From positions 1,080,001-1,112,000 of the forward strand of contig NC_003450.3 in NCBI RefSeq assembly GCF_000011325.1: a stretch of DNA of 32,000 nt, read 5' to 3'. Positions 1-8,316 of the stretch are shown here, one piece after another. The translations under genes were made by a program, and so were the position numbers. The notes beneath the pieces were generated by a model that worked only from the letters and a program-made list of their open reading frames with translations, did no database searches and was not told where the DNA came from. Every line of letters starts with the position of its first letter. The stretch's first letter is position 1. Origin of the DNA: Corynebacterium glutamicum ATCC 13032 (GTDB lineage Bacteria > Actinomycetota > Actinomycetes > Mycobacteriales > Mycobacteriaceae).

Positions 1-690
1 CGGGAGGAACCGGTGCCCGTCTTTGAGGAAGAAGAATGTGAGCACCAACACCACACCAAGCGTCACGATCACACTGGTTGCAGCGCCCAGGCCCGAGAAG
101 ATTTCTCCAGCAATGGCACCTGCCTGGTTTTGCAGCCACGCGGCGGCCTCGTTGAAGTAGCGGCTCAAATCACCCGAATCCAAGTTCAACGGTGGACCCT
201 GCAGCCAGAGCTGAATGCTCAAAATGCCCTCAAATGCCTGGAAGTACAACACCTGGGATTGTTGGGCGATACTCGGCGCAATTAACCACAAAATAGCACC
301 CACGACGGCAAAAAACGTGCCGATGGTGATAAACGCCGACACCACACTGGGAACTCCATGCTTCCGCAACCATGAGTTTGGTGAGGACAGCACAGTACAG
401 ATGATGATTGCCAAGGTGACCGGCAAAACGCCCTGCCAGAACCGACCAATGACCCACCATAAAATAAAGACAGCGGCGGCGACGAACACCAACCGCAAAC
501 TCCACATGGACACCCTCTTGAAGTAATCACCTATGACCACCGAGCGGTCTACGCGATCAATTGCATCCCGGTGCCGAGCAGAAGTTTTGCTTGGAGTCGG
601 CTCTGCACTGGCAGACTTAACGGGTTCGCCATTTTTGTCGTCTCTGATGCCATGTTGGTCACCGTCAGGGACCTGAGAGAATTCATCCAT
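1..690 (-). CDS. AI-2E family (PerM/YhhT-like) membrane transporter, N-terminal part; the gene continues past the left edge
   Basis: Absent from the ORF track because it has no stop inside the window. My own minus-strand translation from ATG 690 (alternative ATG 507) reads MDEFSQVPDGDQHG...DRSVVIGDYFKRVSMWSLRLVFVAAAVFILWWVIGRFWQGVLPVTLAIIICTVL...VLVLTFFFLKDGHRFLP. It has several hydrophobic helices and the FFFLKDG motif typical of AI-2E/UPF0118 permeases. The start codon is uncertain. Confidence 0.7.
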   Translation of the reverse strand, partial: MDEFSQVPDGDQHGIRDDKNGEPVKSASAEPTPSKTSARHRDAIDRVDRSVVIGDYFKRVSMWSLRLVFVAAAVFILWWVIGRFWQGVLPVTLAIIICTVLSSPNSWLRKHGVPSVVSAFITIGTFFAVVGAILWLIAPSIAQQSQVLYFQAFEGILSIQLWLQGPPLNLDSGDLSRYFNEAAAWLQNQAGAIAGEIFSGLGAATSVIVTLGVVLVLTFFFLKDGHRFLP

Positions 691-736
691 TGTTGCCACA
701 GTTCTCCATTTTGCATGGTTCTTGGTTTTAAAGCAC

Positions 737-770
737 GAAACACTCCCAGCGACTGTGGCGGGAGTGTTTC
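737..770 (-). terminator. Hairpin terminator downstream of the small transporter subunit gene
   Basis: GAAACACTCCC-N12-GGGAGTGTTTC forms a perfect 11-bp stem. It starts 13 nt after the stop at 783 and is followed on the minus strand by GTGCTTT. It lies between the metS-like gene and the AI-2E start. Confidence 0.55.
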
Positions 771-782
771 CTACAGAGATCT

Positions 783-965
783 TTAGGCCGTTGCAGGTCG
801 TTCAGACTCTTGCTCAATAAGAACAGAGTCGGTGGCATATGGAGAGGTTCCAAACAGTCCAACCTTCTCATCTGGTTCGCGTCGAAGTGCGATGGTGGCA
901 TAAACCAGGCCACCCCAAATGATGACCATGAACAACACCATCATGATGATTGCAGTAGTTCCCAT
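783..965 (-). CDS. metS: Small (60 aa) single-TM subunit of the NSS-type methionine/alanine importer (MetS-like)
   Basis: One TM helix (TAIIMMVLFMVIIWGGLVYATIAL). The ATG lies 3 nt after the upstream transporter stop, with AAGGAG 8 nt upstream. The arrangement matches the published C. glutamicum MetPS system. The symbol is assigned by context, not by alignment. Confidence 0.6.
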   Translation of the reverse strand: MGTTAIIMMVLFMVIIWGGLVYATIALRREPDEKVGLFGTSPYATDSVLIEQESERPATA

Positions 966-968
966 GAT

Positions 969-2660
969 TTAGGACTCCTTAGCTTCAGGATTGGTGATTG
1001 CCACGGTAGGGAAGCGTGATGCATCCTCATTGGCATCAAAAGGACTGATCGGGTCATTGGACGCCCAGCGACGCGGGCGGTGCAGCGTACGCTTGAACTC
1101 CGGCAGAACGCCGAAGTCGGAGCCGGGTGGGCCGTCGACAAGCGTGCCCTTTGGCCAAGAAACCATGGGCAAAAGGAATGCAGCCACCAGGATGACAGCC
1201 AGCACGCCCCAGCCAAAGAGGCCATTTTGCAGCACGGTATAACCGCCGTAAGGCTCATTGATCAGGGAGGTGAGCTCAAGAGCAAGGGTGGAGCCCAGAA
1301 CCAAGGTGGTGATGTTGACAACGGAGATGCGCCAAATGGTGTTCACCTTGAATGCGGAGATCGCGTTGAGGTGGGTGGAGAATTCATCGATGCGACGCAG
1401 GACCCAGTCGATGGAAACCACTGCGATCAACGCAACGGCAACAATGCCGATGTTGTTGGTGAACTTGTCCATGATGTCCAGCGTTGCCAGACCAGAGGTG
1501 GTGGAGAACAGACCCAGGGACAGCAGAGCCATGACAACGCCCACGCCAATCGCAGTGGCTTTACGATTCAGACCGAACTTATCCTTCACTGCGGAAACAA
1601 CCACTTCCAACAGAGAGAACAGGGAAGTAAAGCCCGCGATGGTCAATGAGCTGAAGAAGAGGAATCCGAACAGTCCGCCCAGAGGCATTTCGTTGATGAT
1701 CGCAGGGAAAGCAACGAAGGCAAGGCCAATGCCGGAGGTCGCGACTTCATCCACACCAACGCCAGCATTTGCAGCCATGAAGCCCAGCGCTGCGAAAACA
1801 CCGATACCGGCCAGCACCTCGAAAGAGGAGTTCGCAAAACCAGTAACCAAACCAGTGCTGGTGAGGTTGGTGCGAGGCTTCAGGTACGAGGAGTAGGTAA
1901 GCATGATGCCGAATCCCACAGACAGTGAAAAGAAGATCTGGCCGTAAGCAGCGATCCACACGGTCGGGTTCTTCAGAGCTTCCCAGTTAGGAGTAAACAG
2001 CGCATCCAAACCAATTTCAGCACCAGGAAGCAGGACCGCTTGGATAACCACAATGAGGAAGATGATCACCAGCAACGGCATGAACACCATGCTCACACGA
2101 CCAATGCCCTTATCCACACCGATCGCAAGAACCACAATAGCGGCGATCCACACAATAAACAGTGCAATGGCGATCTGCGGAACGATATCCATGGACACAA
2201 CTGCTTCAGAATCAAAGTTCAAGAAGTCAGAGAAGAAATAGGTGTCAGGATCAGCACCCCACGCCTTATTCAAGGACTTGAAAGCATAAAGCCCAGCCCA
2301 GCCAATGATCGCGGCGTAATAAATGGTAATGAAGAAAGCGATTCCGACCTGAATCCAGCCGATGGTTTCGGTTTGTTTCTTGAAACGTCGGAAAGCAAGA
2401 GGCGCCGAACCCCTATAGCGGTGACCGATCGCGAAATCGAGAAACAACAGCGGAATACCCGCGGTGAGCAACGCGATCGCATAAGGAATAAGGAAGGCAC
2501 CGCCACCATTGTCATAAGCGACATAAGGGAAGCGCCAAATATTGCCCAAACCAACCGCAGAACCAATAGCGGCGAGAATAAAGACAGAACGGGATGAGAA
2601 AACTTCGCGGCGTTCGCCCTTCTGAGGGGACGTCGGAGGCGTATGTTGTGGAGCTGACAT
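969..2660 (-). CDS. metP: Sodium-dependent NSS (SNF) family transporter, MetP-like
   Basis: Contains SAVGLGNIWRFPYVAYDNGGGAFLIPY, the NSS signature, and about 12 hydrophobic helices. I trimmed the ORF-track start (2777) to ATG 2660 (MSAPQHTPPTS...), which has GGAGA about 10 nt upstream. Confidence 0.85.
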   Translation of the reverse strand: MSAPQHTPPTSPQKGERREVFSSRSVFILAAIGSAVGLGNIWRFPYVAYDNGGGAFLIPYAIALLTAGIPLLFLDFAIGHRYRGSAPLAFRRFKKQTETIGWIQVGIAFFITIYYAAIIGWAGLYAFKSLNKAWGADPDTYFFSDFLNFDSEAVVSMDIVPQIAIALFIVWIAAIVVLAIGVDKGIGRVSMVFMPLLVIIFLIVVIQAVLLPGAEIGLDALFTPNWEALKNPTVWIAAYGQIFFSLSVGFGIMLTYSSYLKPRTNLTSTGLVTGFANSSFEVLAGIGVFAALGFMAANAGVGVDEVATSGIGLAFVAFPAIINEMPLGGLFGFLFFSSLTIAGFTSLFSLLEVVVSAVKDKFGLNRKATAIGVGVVMALLSLGLFSTTSGLATLDIMDKFTNNIGIVAVALIAVVSIDWVLRRIDEFSTHLNAISAFKVNTIWRISVVNITTLVLGSTLALELTSLINEPYGGYTVLQNGLFGWGVLAVILVAAFLLPMVSWPKGTLVDGPPGSDFGVLPEFKRTLHRPRRWASNDPISPFDANEDASRFPTVAITNPEAKES

Positions 2661-2883
2661 CTTAACGAGTCTCCAGTCATGCACAAAGGACCAATAAGAA
2701 TTCCCCAAGCAAAGGAACAGTCCTGTGTGTGGTCCGAACCTGATGCTCTCCTCGTTCTCAGCCTGATGTGGCCGCAATCTGGAAAATGGGGTGACTAAAA
2801 TACAACTGAAATGATCTTAACAGTGATATAGGGAAGAATTCGCATGGATTTCCATGCTGTGTACGAAATGATGCAAAAACCGC

Positions 2884-2924
2884 AAAAACGCGCTGTCACT
2901 GCAAGGAGTGATAGCGCGTTTGTT
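2884..2924 (-). terminator. Rho-independent terminator after the esterase gene
   Basis: Stem CGCGCTGTCACT / AGTGATAGCGCG (11 of 12 pairs) with loop GCAAGG. It is flanked by an A-run on one side and a T-run on the other. On the minus strand it is followed by TTTTTGCGGTTTTT. Confidence 0.7.
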
Positions 2925-2947
2925 ATCAAACGAATAAGGCCAGTGCT

Positions 2948-4183
2948 CTAGTAAAGAGCGTGCTTGATCGCATCCCAGCCAGGCTGTAACTGTGGATTAA
3001 AGTTGCGCCAATTGTGCGTTCCGGAATCTTTGTAGTCCACCACTTGATGGTTCATGCCGGCCCTGCTCATCGACTCATCCAATGCCTCTGTGCAGCTCAG
3101 CGAACCACGCTCAAGCACTACGCCAGCCAGCAAATTGTAGAAAGGCTCTTTCTCGGAATCCGCCAAATCGATGTCATCTACAACTCCGTTCGCAGCTGAC
3201 AAATAGACAGCCATGTCGCGCAGCCCCTCAGGATTTGATGTGACATCGTGAGCTTTCCAAGTTTCAGAACCAGTGGGACCCCACATATTTTCTACATTGC
3301 CACCGCGAGAATTAACAATTAGTGACACCGTGGTTTGTCCAATGGGATCAAGCGTGGAGTAGCAACCAGAGATGCCAATGACTCCATCAAAGAGATCAGG
3401 GTTCGAGTTAGCTAAATGAACCGCACCAGTAGCACCCATGGATAATCCGCCGATGCCACGGTGACCATTGAAGTTCAGCTCTTCCTCAGCCTCAAGCAGG
3501 GGCGCGAGCTCCTCGACGATAAAAGTTTCCCACTTGATGCGCCCTAGCGCAGGGTCCTCTTCCAACCAATCCGAGTACATGGATGAAGCAGCACCCAACG
3601 GCATTACTACAGTCACATTTTCATCCGCGAAAACCTTCGGACCCTCGCCACCATTGATCCAACCAGAAGAATTCTTATTTCCGCCGATTCCATCAAGCAT
3701 GTACAGCATCGGAGCAGGGGAGTCCGCCTCCGCGGACTTCATGATCTGCACATCCACATTGCGCTGCATCGAAGGCGACGCAACAGACCATTTTTCCAGT
3801 CGAAGACCATTTAAAACACGCTTTTCGACGATTCTTGCCTCAGTAATCGAGGGGTCTGTCTCGAGCGGATAGTTGGAATCACTACTCAAGAGCGGGCCTC
3901 CAAGAGGCAACTGGGACGAACCAATCAGCGACATCGAACTCAGCAAGCCTTCAACAGAACCGCCAGTGAGATCTGGGTTGGCAGTAGAAAGCGCGATGAA
4001 ATCCTGGGCGGAAGATCCGGATTCGGAGCTTTTCTCAAAGTCCTGCTCTGAATTAGTTGCTGAGCTGTCTTCGGAACTTAGTACTGAACTGAGTCCCGAG
4101 CTCTGTGCGGAAGCGAGCGGTGAAGAGAAAAGAGTCAAAGAAACAGTACCGGCGATGAGTGCGCGGGATATGAAGAGCTTCAA
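2948..4183 (-). CDS. Secreted alpha/beta esterase of the esterase-D/antigen-85 (mycolyltransferase-like) family
   Basis: TTG start with GGAGG 10 nt upstream. Signal peptide MKLFISRALIAGTVSLTLFSSPLASA/Q, then a Ser/Glu-rich linker. Nucleophile elbow GLSMGATGA followed by ISGCYS. It resembles the corynomycolyl-transferase (cmt) paralogues, but I cannot assign the specific paralogue. Confidence 0.8.
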   Translation of the reverse strand: MKLFISRALIAGTVSLTLFSSPLASAQSSGLSSVLSSEDSSATNSEQDFEKSSESGSSAQDFIALSTANPDLTGGSVEGLLSSMSLIGSSQLPLGGPLLSSDSNYPLETDPSITEARIVEKRVLNGLRLEKWSVASPSMQRNVDVQIMKSAEADSPAPMLYMLDGIGGNKNSSGWINGGEGPKVFADENVTVVMPLGAASSMYSDWLEEDPALGRIKWETFIVEELAPLLEAEEELNFNGHRGIGGLSMGATGAVHLANSNPDLFDGVIGISGCYSTLDPIGQTTVSLIVNSRGGNVENMWGPTGSETWKAHDVTSNPEGLRDMAVYLSAANGVVDDIDLADSEKEPFYNLLAGVVLERGSLSCTEALDESMSRAGMNHQVVDYKDSGTHNWRNFNPQLQPGWDAIKHALY

Positions 4184-4379
4184 GGAAATGATGCCTCCGG
4201 CAACAATATTAATGAATAAAATATGATAGATAATGTAGCAGTTGTTCGTGCAAGGGTGTAATGGCCGCCAGTTATGTGAAGCGAAATTTCACCTTTTTGG
4301 AGGCAGTCGACAATGCTCTGGGCACTGTTTTGTGCCTCCTGATTAGGTTCTTACCCAACGATTGCTAGGATATGTGCCT

Positions 4380-5465
4380 GTGACCCTTACTCTTGGAATC
4401 GTCGGCCTGCCCAACGTTGGCAAGTCCACCCTGTTCAACGCCCTGACTCGCAATGACGTGCTCGCAGCGAACTACCCGTTCGCCACCATCGAGCCAAACG
4501 TGGGCCTTGTCGAGCTTCCAGACGCTCGCCTTGAACGCCTTTCTGAAATCTTCGGCTCTGAGCGCATCCTGCCAGCAACCGTGTCTTTCGTTGACATCGC
4601 CGGAATCGTTAAGGGAGCTTCCGAAGGCGAAGGAATGGGCAACGCTTTCCTTGCCAACATCCGCGAAGCAGACGCTATCTGTCAGGTTGTGCGCGCATTC
4701 GCTGACGAAAACGTCATTCACGTCGATGGTGAAGTTAACCCAGCAACCGATATCTCTGTGATCAACACCGAGCTGATCCTCGCCGACCTGCAGACCGTGG
4801 AAAAAGCACTCCCACGCCTCGAAAAGGATGCACGCAAAGACAAGGGACTTGGCGAAGTCGTAGATGAGACCAAAAAAGCCCTTGCGATCTTGAGCGATGA
4901 CCGCACCTTGTTCTCTGCAGCAAAAGCTGGCGACATTGATCTGGCCCTCCTGCGCGATCTCCACCTGATGACAGCAAAGCCTTTCCTCTACGTCTTCAAC
5001 TCCGACGAAAAAGTGCTCACCGACGACGCCAAGAAGGACGAACTCCGCGCACTAGTCGCGCCAGCAGACTGCGTATTCCTTGACGCACAAACTGAAACCG
5101 AACTTCTTGAACTCGAAGAAGACGAAGCAGCAGAACTCCTCGAAGCTGTAGGCCAAACGGAACCAGGCCTACACTCCCTCGCACGTGCAGGATTTGAAAC
5201 CCTCGGACTACAGACCTACCTCACCGCGGGTCCTAAGGAATCACGCGCCTGGACCATCCACAAGGGCGACACCGCTCCACAGGCAGCAGGCGTTATCCAT
5301 TCTGACTTCGAACGCGGCTTCATCAAGGCTGAAATCGTCTCCTTCGAAGATCTTGACGCTGCTGGTTCCATGGCGGAAGCCAAGGCCCAGGGCAAAGTCC
5401 GCCAAGAAGGTAAGGACTACGTGATGGTCGATGGCGACGTTGTGGAGTTCCGGTTTAACGTCTAG
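4380..5465 (+). CDS. ychF: Redox-regulated ribosome-binding ATPase YchF (Obg-like)
   Basis: TLTLGIVGLPNVGKSTLFNAL P-loop, and a C-terminal TGS-like end ...DGDVVEFRFNV. The likely start is GTG 4380 (or GTG 4374); the ORF-track TTG 4362 adds residues not typical of YchF. Confidence 0.95.
   Translation: MTLTLGIVGLPNVGKSTLFNALTRNDVLAANYPFATIEPNVGLVELPDARLERLSEIFGSERILPATVSFVDIAGIVKGASEGEGMGNAFLANIREADAICQVVRAFADENVIHVDGEVNPATDISVINTELILADLQTVEKALPRLEKDARKDKGLGEVVDETKKALAILSDDRTLFSAAKAGDIDLALLRDLHLMTAKPFLYVFNSDEKVLTDDAKKDELRALVAPADCVFLDAQTETELLELEEDEAAELLEAVGQTEPGLHSLARAGFETLGLQTYLTAGPKESRAWTIHKGDTAPQAAGVIHSDFERGFIKAEIVSFEDLDAAGSMAEAKAQGKVRQEGKDYVMVDGDVVEFRFNV
5442..5465 (+). repeat. Direct repeat copy A (authentic ychF 3' end, GTGGAGTTCCGGTTTAACGTCTAG)
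   Basis: Encodes VEFRFNV plus the stop codon. The same 24-mer recurs at 6943-6966 and, diverged, at 7620-7643. Confidence 0.9.
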
Positions 5466-5498
5466 CGTTATTGACGCTCCTCGTTATACGCTGGTCTC

Positions 5499-5780
5499 GT
5501 GATCAGATCGTTCGCCGACCGCGACACCGAGTTGGTCTGGTTGCGTGAAGGTGCGAAACGCGTCGATCCGCGAATACACAAAGTGGCGAATCGGAAGCTG
5601 CATCTGCTGGACGCGGCGACGACCCTCGATGCTCTGCGTGTGACTCCGGGGAATCGCCTGGAAACGCTCGAGGGTGATCGAGTCGGTCAGTACAGCATTC
5701 GAGTCAACGACCAGTGGCGGATCTGCTTCCGTTGGAACGACTCGGGCCCCGAAAACGTCGAGATCGTGGATTATCACTGA
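5499..5780 (+). CDS. higB: HigB-type toxin (RelE/ParE superfamily, plasmid-maintenance killer)
   Basis: 93 aa. MIRSFADRDTE...LEGDRVGQYSIRVNDQWRICFRW...VEIVDYH matches the HigB pattern (KxF..., GDR.G.WSIR.N..WRI.F, ..DYH end). GTG start. Confidence 0.85.
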   Translation: MIRSFADRDTELVWLREGAKRVDPRIHKVANRKLHLLDAATTLDALRVTPGNRLETLEGDRVGQYSIRVNDQWRICFRWNDSGPENVEIVDYH

Positions 5781-5790
5781 GGAGGAGACG

Positions 5791-6090
5791 ATGGCTCAGA
5801 AGCTCTACCCGCCGATTCACCCTGGTGAGATTCTCATGGAGGACTTCATCAAGGGCTTCGGCCTCACACAGAACAAGGTCGCCGTATCGATCGGGGTGCC
5901 TCCGCGACGCATCAACGAGATCGTGCACGGCAAGCGATCCATCACGGCCGATACGGCTCTGCGTCTCGGGCGGTACTTCGGTATCGACCCGCAGTTCTGG
6001 CTGAGCCTTCAGACTCAGTACGAGTTGGAGCTCGATCGCGACGCCGGTGCAGCGACTTACGCACAGATCACGCCGCTGAAGGTCGCGTGA
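5791..6090 (+). CDS. higA: HigA-type antitoxin (XRE helix-turn-helix)
   Basis: MAQKLYPPIHPGEILMEDFIKGFGLTQNKVAVSIGVPPRRINEIVHGKRSITADTALRLGRYFG is the classic HigA/VapI motif. GGAGGAG RBS lies 3 nt upstream of ATG 5791, which is 10 nt after the higB stop. Confidence 0.85.
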   Translation: MAQKLYPPIHPGEILMEDFIKGFGLTQNKVAVSIGVPPRRINEIVHGKRSITADTALRLGRYFGIDPQFWLSLQTQYELELDRDAGAATYAQITPLKVA

Positions 6091-6920
6091 GCTCGGTGGC
6101 CAGAAAACATCTGCTCTCCCTGGCAGACTGGAACAGAGGCGAGCTTGAGGCATTATTCGAGCTCGCGGAGCAGTATGAAGCTGGCGGTGGGCCACGATTC
6201 GATGGTGCCGCGGCGATGTTCTTCCCGCCGACGAGTTTGCGTACACGGCTCTCATTCGAGCGTGGGGCAACGGCAATGGGACTCCAGCCGATCACGTTCC
6301 CGTCAGACAGCCTGGACAAGGACGAAGATCTCGTCGACGTCGTCGGCTATCTCTCGCAGTGGGCTGATGTCGTTGTCGTCCGACACCCGCAATTGACGGC
6401 GCTTCAGCGGTTGGCGTCAGCGGATGCAGCGCCCGTGATCAACGCGATGACGAGTGAGAACCATCCGTGCGAAGTCCTCTCGGACTTGTATGCGCTGTCT
6501 CGTCACCATGACATTTCGGCCCTGCGGTACCTGTTTGTCGGTGGCGATGGCAACATCGCCAGGGCCTGGTGGGAGGCGGCCCAAGCGTTCGGCCTCGAGA
6601 TGCGGCAGAGTTGTCCTGAAGAGCTGCGTGTCGTCGGGATGCCGTGGGAGGAGAACCTGCCGCATGCAATTGCATCAGCGGATGTCGTGCTGACGGATGG
6701 GCCAGGTAGACATGCGGAGTTACTCGAGCCGTATCGTGTGACCGCTGCGTTGTTGGATCGCGCGCCCCGTGGAGTGCGGCTCGCGCCCTGCCCGCCGTTC
6801 ATCCGCGGGCGCGAAGTGAGCGCCGATGCGATCGAGCATCCGGCGTTCGTCGGGTACTCGTTCAAGCGTCATCTCATGCCGGTTCAGCAGGCGATTCTGG
6901 CTCGGTCGATCAATGCGTAG
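6087..6920 (+). CDS. Short, divergent aspartate/ornithine carbamoyltransferase-fold protein
   Basis: 277 aa. SLRTRLSFE (compare STRTR), HPCEVLSDL (compare HPxQ), LAPCPPF (compare HCLP). N-terminal KHLLSLADWNRGELEALFELA resembles OTCase. The GTG start overlaps the higA stop (GTGA). Confidence 0.65.
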   Translation: MSSVARKHLLSLADWNRGELEALFELAEQYEAGGGPRFDGAAAMFFPPTSLRTRLSFERGATAMGLQPITFPSDSLDKDEDLVDVVGYLSQWADVVVVRHPQLTALQRLASADAAPVINAMTSENHPCEVLSDLYALSRHHDISALRYLFVGGDGNIARAWWEAAQAFGLEMRQSCPEELRVVGMPWEENLPHAIASADVVLTDGPGRHAELLEPYRVTAALLDRAPRGVRLAPCPPFIRGREVSADAIEHPAFVGYSFKRHLMPVQQAILARSINA

Positions 6921-6942
6921 CGGTTTTCGGTGTCGGAACTCG

Positions 6943-6966
6943 GTGGAGTTTCGGTTTAACGTCTAG
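6943..6966 (+). repeat. Direct repeat copy B of the ychF 3' end (23/24 identical)
   Basis: GTGGAGTTTCGGTTTAACGTCTAG, preceded by CGGAACTCG, which also precedes copy C. A weaker partial echo (GTTCCGGTTCAACC) follows at about 6971-6984. Confidence 0.85.
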
Positions 6967-7040
6967 TCGCGTTCCGGTTCAACCTCTTGCACAAGCGTCG
7001 GCCCCTGAAAGGAGCCGGCGCTGGTGTTCTCAGTTCGCTA

Positions 7041-7544
7041 CTACTCAAACGTCATCCCGAGAACCGTCCGGACGGGAATGTTTCCGCCATGGTCGTCTGC
7101 CAGTCGATGCATACCGAGCTTTCGGGCGACGCGTTCCGAAGCTTCGTTCTCGGGGTGGATGATGGCGACCAACTCGGGTGAGCCTACAACGTCGCGTGCG
7201 TAGTCGCGGCATGCAATGGCGGCTTCGGTCGCGTAACCGAGGCCCTGCCTTGCGGTGACGACGTGGTAGCCGACCTCGAGCTTGGGTGCGCCATTCACCT
7301 CTTGCCACGTGAGGCCGCAGTCGCCAACGAACTCGCCGTGGATCGTCTCGACGATCCATAGGCCGTAGCCGTGCTCCGCGTAGTTCTCTTCATTCCAAGT
7401 GATCCACCTGGCTGCCTGCTCGCGTGTTTTCGCGGAGGGGTAGAAACGCATCACTTCAGGATCCCCGAGCATGTCGGCCATGAGATCGATGTCAGCAGGC
7501 CGCTTGCGGCGGAAGCGGCGGCGTTGGGTATTTGGCGGAGTCAC
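7041..7544 (-). CDS. GNAT family N-acetyltransferase (RimJ/RimL-like)
   Basis: 167 aa. LGDPEVMRFYP...GLWIVE...GEFVGDCGL...VGYHVVTARQGLGYATEAA...HPENEASERVARKLGM is the typical Acetyltransf_3-type motif order. Confidence 0.85.
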   Translation of the reverse strand: MTPPNTQRRRFRRKRPADIDLMADMLGDPEVMRFYPSAKTREQAARWITWNEENYAEHGYGLWIVETIHGEFVGDCGLTWQEVNGAPKLEVGYHVVTARQGLGYATEAAIACRDYARDVVGSPELVAIIHPENEASERVARKLGMHRLADDHGGNIPVRTVLGMTFE

Positions 7545-7619
7545 TGGTTCAGCGTAGTTGCGGGGAGGCCTCGGTCCAAAAGTTGGCTGAGGTTAGAGGT
7601 TGGTATCCGCCGGAACTCG

Positions 7620-7643
7620 GTGGAGTTCAAGTTCAACGTGTGA
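7620..7643 (+). repeat. Direct repeat copy C, a diverged ychF 3' end
   Basis: GTGGAGTTCAAGTTCAACGTGTGA reads VEFKFNV plus a stop, the same peptide tail as ychF with one substitution and silent changes. It is preceded by CGGAACTCG, as copy B is. Confidence 0.75.
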
Positions 7644-7660
7644 CGGGCGCAGAAGAGTGG

Positions 7661-8316
7661 TCAGTCGCGGGGGACGCCAGTCGCTCGAGTGATCACTGGG
7701 TCGAACTGGCGATCGGTGAGGATGTTGCGCGAGGCAATCAGCGGTTTGGCACCGAAGCCGATGGCATAGCGGGTCTTGGGGTGACGTGCCGTCACGGCCT
7801 TTCCAATCGCATCGGCGACAACCGACGGTGGTGAGTTGCGGTTGCTGTTCGCCTCAGATCGCAACGACTTCGATACTGCGTCAGCCTGGCGCTTGTATGC
7901 GCTGTCTTTCGACACTGCGTCGAGATTGTCGGCAGCGATTCCTCCCCACTCGGTGGCGATGCCGCCCGGTTCGATGACAACAACGTCGATGCCGAATGGG
8001 GCGACCTCCAGGCGGAGGGCGTCCGAGAGGGCCTCGAGGGCGAACTTGGTGCCGTGATACCAGCCGCCGAGAGGCGTGTAGATCTTCCCGCCCATCGATG
8101 TGATGTTCACGATCGTCCCCCACTTTTGTTTCTGCATGTGGGGCAGGACGAGTCGGGTGAGGGCCATCGCGCCGAATACATTGACCTCGAACTGGCGACG
8201 GCCTTCATCGATTGTCATCGGTGACGTCCATCTCGAGGGGGTGGATCCCGTCTGAAGCGAGCTTTTGGGGGCGCTCTGTCCTGCGGGCAGCACCGTAGAC
8301 GGTGAAGCCGAGTGAT
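7661..8316 (-). pseudogene. Short-chain dehydrogenase/reductase (classical SDR), decayed
   Basis: The C-terminal two thirds are intact (RRQFEVNVFG...NITSMGG...YHGTKFALEAL...VVVIEPGGI). An upstream piece, SLGFTVYGAARR...LEMDVTDDN, lies in another frame with about 35 codons missing between them. The TGxxxGIG N-terminus is cut off at 8316 by the ISL3 repeat. Confidence 0.8.

Noticed and set aside
1080-2597. Long plus-strand ORFs (1080-1649, 1258-1896, 2040-2597) opposite the NSS transporter gene
   Set aside because: They are antisense shadow ORFs. Their composition is low-complexity and Arg/Gly/His-rich, with no motifs or RBS. The minus strand carries an unmistakable NSS transporter.
4365-4964. 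199-aa minus-strand ORF and other ORFs inside ychF
   Set aside because: It is antisense to a highly conserved gene, with no recognisable motifs.
5704-6276. 190-aa minus-strand ORF spanning higA and the transcarbamylase start
   Set aside because: It is Arg/Pro/Ser-rich, as is typical of GC-rich antisense frames. The plus strand encodes clear HigB and HigA motifs.
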